This document shows, one piece after another, positions 55,473 to 64,000 of a stretch of 64,000 nt of DNA. Each line of letters starts with the position of its first letter. Position 1 is the stretch's first letter. The position numbers were made by a program, and so were the translations under genes. The stretch is from Camelus dromedarius. Its lineage: Eukaryota. The stretch is from positions 42,718,001-42,782,000 of the forward strand of contig NC_087451.1 of the NCBI RefSeq assembly GCF_036321535.1, written 5' to 3'. A model generated the notes under the pieces. That model saw nothing but the letters and a program-made list of their open reading frames with translations, was not told the DNA's origin and did not search any database.

Positions 55473-58400
55473 ATGACCCTCTTCATTCTTTTGTGTAGTG
55501 TTCTGGTGATGGCCATGGGTGAAGGTGGTGCTGGGAGTAAGGAAGGAGTAGGGAAGGAATGTAAACCCAGCTGCCCCTCCGTATCTCCCAGTGCCCAGCA
55601 ATGGACACACCATGGCCAGAGCCAGCTGTTTGCAGACCTGAGCCGAGAAGAGCTGGCAGCTGTGATGAGCTTTCTGGCCCAGAAGCTGGGGCCAGACCTG
55701 GTGGACGCAGCCCAGGCCCAACCCTCGGACAACTGTGTCTTCTCAATAGAGCTGCAGCTGCCCCCCAAGGCTGCAGCCTTGGCCCACCTGGACAAGGGGA
55801 GACCCCCGCCTGCCCGGGAGGCACTGGCCATCGTCTTCTTTGGTAGACAGCTCCATCCCAACGTGACTGAGCTGGTGGTGGGACCACTGCCCCACCCCTC
55901 TTACATGCGGGATGTGACTGTGCAGCGTAATGGGGGACCCCTGCCCTATCACCGACGCCCTGTGCCCATCCGAGAGTACTTGGACATAGACCACATGATC
56001 TTCAACAGAGAGCTGCCCCAGGCTGCTGGGCTTCTCCATCACTGCTGCTCCTACAAACGCCAAGAAAAGAACCTGGTGACAATGAACTCAGCCCCCCGTG
56101 GTTTGCAGTCAGGGGACCGGGCCACCTGGTTTGGCCTCTACTACAACATCTCAGGGGCTGGGTATTACCTGAACCCCTTGGGGTTGGAACTACTGGTAGA
56201 CCACAAGGCTCTGGACCCCACCGGCTGGACCATCCAGAAAGTGTTCTTTCAAGGCCGCTACTATGAGAGTCTGGCCCAGCTGGAGGAAGAGTTTGAGGCT
56301 GGCCGGGTGAATGTGGTGGTGGTCCCAGACAATGGCACAGGTGCATCCTGGTCCCTGAAATCCCCAGTGCCCCCGGGTCTGGCTCCCCCTCTGCAGTTCC
56401 ATCCCCAGGGTCCCCGCTTCATTGTCCAGGGGAGTCGAGTGGCCTCCTCATTGTGGACTTTCTCCTTTGGCCTTGGAGTTTTCACTGGCCCAAGGATCTT
56501 TGACATCCGCTTCCGAAGGGAGAGAGTGGCCTATGAGGTCAGCCTCCAGGAGGCCTTGGCCGTCTACGGTGGAAATTCTCCTTCTGCTCTGAGAGGCCGG
56601 TATGCGGACAGCAACTTTGGCTTGGGCTACTTCTCCACACCTCTGACCCGTGGGGTGGACTGCCCCTATCTGGCCACCTATGTGGACTGGCACTTCCTTT
56701 TGGAGTCCCAAGCCCCCAAGACACTACACGATGCCTTCTGTGTGTTTGAGCAGAACCAGGGCCTCCCACTGAGGCGACACCACTCAGATGAGACCGCCTA
56801 CTATTTTGGGGGCCTTGCAGAGACAGTGCTGGTTATCAGATCTGTGTCCACCATGCTCAACTATGACTATATATGCGATTTGGTCTTCCACCCCAATGGG
56901 GCCATAGAAGTCAAAGTCCATGCCACGGGCTATATTGGTTCATCGTTCCTCTTTGGTGCTGCCCGAAGATTCGGAAACCAGGTTGGGGAGCACACGCTGG
57001 GCACCGTCCATACTCACAGTGTCAACTTCAAGGTGGATCTTGATGTGGGAGGTAAGACATCCTGGCGGAGGCAAGGATTCCAGTAGAGGAGGATGAAGTC
57101 TTCATGCCTAGCTTTAAAAATTGTCATTGAAACCTTAAAAATGTACAAGTATATGAAGTAAATGTGAAAGTCATCGAATTCCTTCGAGATTTTCACCCTT
57201 AGATGTCTGTTCTCTCATGCTTAAGAAAATTCTTCCGTCTTTTAAAACAGTGCGTCTGCAATTCTAGAGTATATTATGGTGTTTACTATGTACAAGATAG
57301 GCTATACTGATAGGCATATTTAGATTTTTACTATCAAATTTCAACCATACTGTACACATATATTGTCACTTCTGTTTTCTTGCATAACAACATATCACAC
57401 TCATGCAAGCAAGGAATATTTACTGAATGCATATTTGTGCCGAGCACTGCGCTTAAACAATTTAACAAAAGAAACAACGTCCCTGCTCTCAGGAGGTTTA
57501 CATTCTAATGGAGATGCAGAGAGAGCATGGAGAACTCCCAGAAAATGTGTGTGATAGAAATATTTTTACACTTAACCTCTTTGTGTCTCAGCTTAACTCA
57601 AGTATAAAAATGGTATAGGCAGCGCATTCCTCATAAGATTGTTGTAAAGATTAATGGTGACTATTTTAAAACCTTTTGTCTTTTGAAATAACTTTAGACT
57701 TAGAGAAAAGCTGCAGAGATTATACAGAATTCCCATAAACCCTTCACCATCTCCCCCTCATTTTAACGTCTCACATAACCATAGGATAATCAAAAGCAGG
57801 GAATTAATATTATTATCATACTATAAACCATAGACCTTAGGAGAATTTCATCAGTGCTTCTACTAATTTTCTTTTAGAAGATATTGGTCAATCATTTTGT
57901 AGGGTGTCTTTCAATTTGGGTTTCTCTAATATTTTCTCATAATTAGATTGAGCTTGTGTTTTTGTTTTTGTGGTTTTTTTTTTTTTTTGGCAAGAAAACC
58001 GCAGAAATGATGTATCTCCTCCCTAGAGCATCATATCAAGGGTACATGATGTCCATATGTTGTCTTATCAGTGATGTTGACCTCAAGCAGTTGTTTAACG
58101 TAGTGTTTTCCAGCTTCCTTCGTCGTAAAAGTTAGTATGTTTCCATTTGCAATTAACAAATATTTGGGGGAAATTTTTGATGCTGTGCAAATATACTATT
58201 TATTTTCTTCTCAAATTTCTTTTTTAAAATTTTTTTAAAATTTATTTTTAATGGAGGTGCTGGGGAATTGAACCCAGGACTTCGTGCATGCTAATTGAGC
58301 ATTCTACCACTGAGCTATACCCTCCACCCCTCTTCTCAAATTCTTCCCTGCTAATTTTAGCATCTATTGGTGGATTTTTCGATGCAACAATTATTGTTGC

Positions 58401-60512
58401 TGTTTCCCTCCTAGTCATTTAAATGTTTTCCCTTATTCTTTATACATTAATAATTGGAATTCTCCATAAGAAAGTCTTATCTCTCCTTTTCCCTCTATGT
58501 AATATATGTAATCATTTATTCATTACTGTATAAATTCATGGATATTTTATTCTAAGGGTTAAAACCCAGTACTATTGTTTATTTTGTTCCTTAAATTGTT
58601 CCAGTTTTGGCCATTGGGAGATCCTTCAGGTTGATTTCTGTGTCCTTCTGACATGCCGCCATCCTTTTTTAAGCATTTCTTTACTTTCTGGCACCATAAG
58701 ATGTTCTAAATCCATCTGGTATTTTCTCTGCTCCAGCCCTGGAATCAACCACTTCTCCAAGAATCTCTGGCTCCTTTATTGGAGAATAGTATGTAGAAGC
58801 CAAGATCTGGGTACCAGGTGTGCTCATTATTACTGGGATGTTGCTTTTAGGCTCTTATTGGACTTAGAAAATATATGTATGTATTAGAACTAACACAACA
58901 TGTCCCTCTTTATCTCTACATCTAAGCGATGGCAACTTTTCAAACACTTGGAACTGCGCCTGACACACACTGAGAAATATTAGCTATTGTTGTTGCTGTT
59001 ATTATCCACATGAGCCTACTAGTGTGGATATATCAGAATGAGAACTCTTTCCCTTTAATTGTCCTCTACAAGTAGGCACTGTAGAGTGTGGACTAGGAGC
59101 AGTAATCCACAAAAGGAAACTGAGGGTTTGCTCAAACAGTCTCTGCTCTCTTTGATCCTTGGAAGGTATGGAGGGAGCTTCCAGCATGTTTTGGTTTACT
59201 GCTCTTTGGTCTCAGATCACTTAAGTTGCCTCATAATATGGAACCTAGTTGGACTCTAATAAAATCATTCAAAATTCCAAATATTCAGGCAACAGACTGT
59301 GCCTTTGGCCTTCCTCTTAATTCCTTTCCAAACCCCAAACAATAGAAAACACCTGTAAGCTCCAGCAATGTTGGGCCCAGGGTCTGCCTTTCCTTCCTTC
59401 TAGCCTGCGTGTCTGCTGTCCATGTGTGATGGGACCACTTTATGTTGGTCTTCTCTGGGTCCTGTAGAGCCAGACCAAGACCTGGGTCCCCAGCCCTGTC
59501 ATGAAACTAACCAAGTGCCCTTGGTGACAAACCAGGGCACATTATTTAAATTCCCTAATTCTCAGTTATCCCATCTGTAAAATGGGAACAACTACAGTTC
59601 CTCCTTCATAAGATAGTTGTGCAAGTAGAGCATCACTACATGTAAAGTACTCAGCACCCTGCCTTGCAGAGCTTTTTCAAGTTCAACAATTGTGAGCTAC
59701 CACTGTTATTATTTACATGATAAGGCAGTCTGGTGATGCCATAAGGCTTCAGATGTGAGGTGCAGACCCTTTCCTCAGGTCAGAAAGAAACTGACTCTGC
59801 ACATTGCCTGCTCAACTGATCCAACCTCAGGTAAACCATTCTCCCTTTAGCTCCTCAGAGGGACAAGGTCACTGGAAGCCCAGTCACAAGACATCTGGGA
59901 TGATTACTGGATATGATATCCGGGGGAAGACTTTCTCCAAACTCTGGATCTGGGGTATCTTGACAAGAGGGGAAGGAAGCAAGGGGCACACTCAGTCTGG
60001 ACTTCTCTTTGGCCCCTCCTCAGAAGCCAGGTCGGGGCAGAGTCTAGAGGGGGTAGGGCCACCGTATGACCAGCCCTCCCTCCCACCCTTCCCCTTCACC
60101 CACCTCCACCCAACCCTTGCAGGAGTGGAGAACTGGGTCTGGGCTGAAGACACGGCTTTTGTCCCCACGGCGATACCCTGGAGTCCTGAGCACCAGATAC
60201 AGAGGCTGCAGGTGACCCGGAAGTTGCTGGAGACGGAAGACCAGGCTGCCTTCCCCCTGGGAACTGCCCTGCCTCGCTACGTGTACCTGGCCAGCAACCA
60301 CAGCAACAAGTGGGGCCACCCTCGGGGCTACCGCATCCAGGTGGTCAGCTTTCCTGGGGAGCCGCTGCCCCAGGCCAGCTCCATGGAGAGAGCCTTCAGC
60401 TGGGCGAGGTGGGTGGTGGGGTGCCAGAGAGGCACTGGGGGAGGCAGATTGTACAAGAAGCTCCATGTTGCTGGGAACCCAGGTTCCCCCACCTCCCGTG
60501 GGTGTGCATGCA

Positions 60513-60580
<68 letters not shown>

Positions 60581-61791
60581 CCCTGCAGCCACAATCTTAG
60601 GCCACTCAAAATGAATCCTACTGGTTGGATGGATGAATGGAGAGATATGTGCTGAATCAGATACAACAAAATGTTCCAGGTAGAATCTAGGATGTGAGCA
60701 TGTGGGTGTTTACTATTCTTTCAACTCTTCTCTATGTTTAAAATGTTTGCAATCAAGGTTGGAAGGGAAACAAAGAAGAAGAGAGGAGCACAGATCTGAG
60801 GGGGTGTCCCCTAAAATCCAAGCACATAAGATACTGAAATTGACCTAAGATGGGAATCAGGCTGTGTCTGGGCATATGCATCCATCTGGATGGACACATG
60901 AGCGACAGTCCCATCTGAAGTCTGAACAGCGGGCCAGTAGATGTTTGAGATACAGGATATTGAAGAAATGCAGGAACTTTAAGAGAGAAAGAACGGGAAG
61001 TGGACAAAGAATAATAAAGAGGTTTGATACCCTGAGACCTCTGTGCTCATTTCCCCTTCATGTCCCCACCCTAGTGCAGCTTCAGGCAGCGGGACGGGTC
61101 GATTGAACTTGGGGATCTAATCCAAATCCCCTGCAGGTACCAGCTGGCTGTGACCCAGCGGAAGGAGGAGGAGCCCAGCAGCATCAGCATCTACAATTTG
61201 AATGACCCCTGGACCCCGACCTTGGACTTCACGGACTTCATCAACAATGAGACCATCGCTGGGCAGGTGAGTCGAGAGGGAGGAGGTGGGGGTCAGAGGC
61301 GGACGAGGGGGAACAAGGACGAGCCACCTCATTCTCTCCTAATCCAGAGTCCTCCAGGGGGTCTTTGGAGCCCACCAAGGAAGAAAGCATTATAATTTCA
61401 CATTTTTCCTGGTCTGGTGAACTGAATCGTTCCACACAAGGCCACTGCGAAGGAGGGGGCAGGCATGTCCTTAGCAAAGCCAGGCTTCAAAATCCTCTTT
61501 CTTCACCCCTGCTAGGACCTGGTGGCCTGGGTGACAACCGGTTTCCTGCACATCCCACATGCAGAGGACGTTCCCAATACGGTGACTGTAGGGAACGGAG
61601 TGGGCTTCTTCCTCCGGCCCTACAACTTCTTTGACCAGGACCCCTCCTTTGACTCTGCTGACTCCATCTACTTCCGGGCAGACCAGGATCCTAGGGCTTG
61701 TGAGGTCAACCCCATGGCTTGCCTCCCCAAGTATGCAGCCTGTGCCCCGGACCTCCCTGCCTTCTCCCACGGGGGCTTCTCTTACAACTAG
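55473..61791 (+). CDS. AOC4: Secreted copper amine oxidase, AOC4/serum (plasma) amine oxidase type, 756 aa, 4 exons, intact ORF
   Basis: Exons 55473-57051, 60123-60408, 61137-61266 and 61516-61791, with no stops or frameshifts. Signal-peptide-like [16 protein letters not shown] followed by [14 protein letters not shown] (resembles bovine serum amine oxidase EEGGVGSEEGVGKQC), [17 protein letters not shown] (TPQ Tyr at 56862), Asp at 56607, HTH and FLHIPH. Located downstream of AOC3. Confidence 0.88.
57660..58900 (-). mobile_element. Old L1 fragment(s) in AOC4 intron 1
   Basis: T-rich L1M-like antisense segments (TTTTGAAATAACTTTAGACTTAGAGAAAAGCTGCA..., CCAGCCCTGGAATCAACCACTTCTCCAAG). Family assigned by recall. 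Confidence 0.5.
58218..58330 (-). mobile_element. tRNA-derived SINE (camelid-type) nested in L1
   Basis: Family consensus in reverse, with a perfect 12-bp TSD TCTTCTCAAATT (58206-58217 / 58331-58342). Confidence 0.9.
60513..60579 (+). repeat. Long (CA)n microsatellite in AOC4 intron 2
   Basis: Uninterrupted CA run of more than 30 units. Confidence 0.95.
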
Positions 61792-62104
61792 ATGGGCCCT
61801 GGAATGGGGATTTTGGCTGGGGACCCAGGACTGGGAAGTGTGGGAGGGGAGGCAATGGGCACTGGGCAGGGCAGTCTGTGCCCTCTTCTCCCTCCTCACA
61901 CCCCAAGGTCCTCTCTCTCCCACTGTCCTCCCTGCCTCCCCCTCCCTACTGGGAGCATCCTGAGCCTGTGACACCTGACACAGGGGTACTTGGCTTTGTG
62001 GACCCCAGACCTGCTGGGCTCCTGTCCCTGAGAGGAGAGGAATGGCCAGCCAGGAGCCAGGAGTGATGGCCAAACTTTTACCAGAAGACTCCTGTCTTTT
62101 CTAA

Positions 62105-63050
62105 CAGTTGGTAATCTTATTTTTTAAATGAGATATAATTCCCATAACGTAAAATTCACCCTTTTAACATGTAAAATCTAATGAGCTTGGGTATATTCAT
62201 TAAGTTATGTAACCATTGCTGCTCTCTAATTCCCTAACATTTTCATCACCCCAGAAAGAAACCCCAAAACTTGTTAGCCGTCACTGCCTATTTCCCTCTA
62301 ACCCCTTCCTCGCTCTAGGCAGCCACTGACCTTTCTGTCACTGCAGATTTGCCTATATTCTGGAAATTTCATATAAATAGACTCATATGTGGTCTTTTGT
62401 GTTGGCTTCTTTCACTCAGTTTAGTGTTTTTGAGGTGCATCCATGTTGTAGAATGAATCAGGACTTTGTTCCTTTCTGGCTGAATAATATTCCATTATAA
62501 TAACAGATCACATTTTGTTTTCACTGTTTGATTGTGTATAATGCTGCTACAAACATTTGTGTACAAATTTTCATATGGACGTATGCCTTCATTTCTCTTG
62601 GGTGCACACCTGGGAGTAGAATTTCTCAGTCAAATGGTAATTCTTTGTTTAACCTCTTGAGGAACTGCCAGGCTCTTCCAAAGTAACTGTACCATTTCCT
62701 TTCTTTTCTTTTCTTTTCTTTTCTTTTCTTTTTGCATAACATAAACATTTTACTTAAACTTTTACACAACATACTTATACATAATGTAAAATTTTCCATT
62801 TGACCATTTTATTTAGTTTATTTTTTGTATTTAAATTCTATTCTATTTAAGTCTTTTTGAAAAAATTGAAATAGAGTTGATTTACAGTGTGCTAATTTCT
62901 GGTGTACAGCATAGTGATTCAGCCACACTATATGTATATATTCCTTTTCATTATAGGCCATTACAATGTATTGAATAGAATTCTCTGTGCTGTACAGTAG
63001 GATCCATTCGACCATTTTTAAATGTATAGTTCAGTTACCCTAAGCATATT
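62105..63050 (-). mobile_element. L1 3'-end fragments (two nested pieces) downstream of the AOC4 stop codon
   Basis: Antisense L1 3'UTR-like text (TTTTTAAATGAGATATAATTCCCATAAC..., CTGGTGTACAGCATAGTGATTCAG...CTGTGCTGTACAGTAGGA) and a (TTTTC)n tail. Confidence 0.6.
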
Positions 63051-63089
63051 CATAAGCTTTATTGGAACTCCTCAGCTCCTCTTCTACCC

Positions 63090-63277
63090 TGGGACTTTTT
63101 TTTTTTAAATCATTCTTTTTTTCTTTCCTTCCAGTTTTTCATGTATACTTATTTGGGGGAGGGGAGGAGTAATTAGCTGTGTTTTTTTTGTTTTGTTTTT
63201 TTAAGGAGGTACTAGGGATTGAACCCAGGCCCTCATGCTTGCTAGGCAAGAACTCTACCACTGAGCTATACCCTCCC
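63090..63277 (-). mobile_element. tRNA-derived SINE (camelid-type)
   Basis: GGATTGAACCCAGG...CTACCACTGAGCTATACCCTCCC in reverse orientation. Confidence 0.8.
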
Positions 63278-64000
63278 TTCCTGCCCTGGCTCTTGAATAT
63301 GAAGGTGAGGCTTCTGGAGACCAGCTGTTCTTGGAGCCCCAGGACAGGGTCCCTACTAGGCCTGTGTCCCAGATCTTAGGAAGGTGCTTCCATCGCGACT
63401 GTCACCCTAGCTGACTCCTTCTCTCTCCTTTTTCTCTCCTTCTCCTTCCCCTCCTCTTGTTTCTTCAGCATCTACTCCCTGGTGTTTCCCTCCGAGGTCC
63501 TGGAGGGATGTCCCTGCTGCCTCAAGTCCTATAATCTGTGCCCCCCCACCATTCCCTCAGTTTTTGTGTCCTCCTCTGTCCCTGGGCTGGGGAAGCCTTT
63601 GACATGCAGGGCACTGCGGAGCCAGGGGTGTCCAGTGGGGACAAGTCTGACCTGGTCAGGCAGCAGCCTCCTGGGCCTCACATCCCTGCTGCCCCTCTCA
63701 GGACATGGACTTTGGATGGGCATAATTAAAAACTGAGACATTTTCCAGAAAGGAGTGTAGGGGCAGGAGTATGGTGGAGAGGAGGTAGGTCTCAAAGACC
63801 AGGCTTTCTCAGGTGACTCCTGGTTGGAGGAACTCATGTGGTGTGCAGTGTCTGCTTCTAGAACTTGCCCTATTCTGCCATTGTCATTTCTAGGAGGGGG
63901 GAGCTGTGAGGTCAGGAAGAGAGGGGGTTCCTTCTCCAGCCGGAAGCCCACACCGCAGACCCAGCGCTAGTGGAGGACACTGAGTGGGCAGGCCCTGGCA

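Noticed and set aside
59804-60669. 283-aa ORF and HTHTHT/CVCVCV ORFs around AOC4 exon 2
   Set aside because: These are exon 2 plus read-through into introns and the (CA)n repeat.
55473-61791. Calling the third AOC gene a pseudogene like human AOC4P
   Set aside because: All four exons are open with GT-AG sites, and the catalytic Asp, TPQ Tyr and Cu ligands are present.

Overview
Mammalian (eukaryotic, intron-containing) genomic DNA. A tRNA-derived SINE family with head GGGGAGGGTATAGCTCAGTGGTAGAG occurs seven times and suggests a camelid; the species assignment is inference. Gene order matches the conserved block WNK4 (3' end, +) - COA3 (-) - CNTD1 (+) - BECN1 (-) - PSME3 (+) - AOC2 (+) - AOC3 (+) - AOC4-like secreted amine oxidase (+). 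All visible exons were traced by hand with splice sites and consistent reading phase. Four of the five N-gaps sit on expected coding exons (CNTD1 exon 6, BECN1 exons 11 and 12, PSME3 exon 11), so these are missing data, not gene loss. The most interesting part is the copper amine oxidase cluster. The third gene is intact and appears secreted (AOC4/serum amine oxidase type; a pseudogene in human). It is identical to AOC3 over long tracts, including intron flanks, which points to gene conversion. It keeps sharply divergent islands at the N-terminal anchor/signal and at substrate-channel residues, some of them AOC2-like, and it carries an unusual Trp-to-Cys change just after the TPQ motif. A solo ERV LTR lies 1.4 kb upstream of it. 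Other points of note are a probable U12 minor intron in COA3, a GC-AG intron in BECN1 and a WNK4 last coding exon that contains only the stop codon. Repeat family names and protein comparisons come from recalled sequence knowledge, not from database searches.
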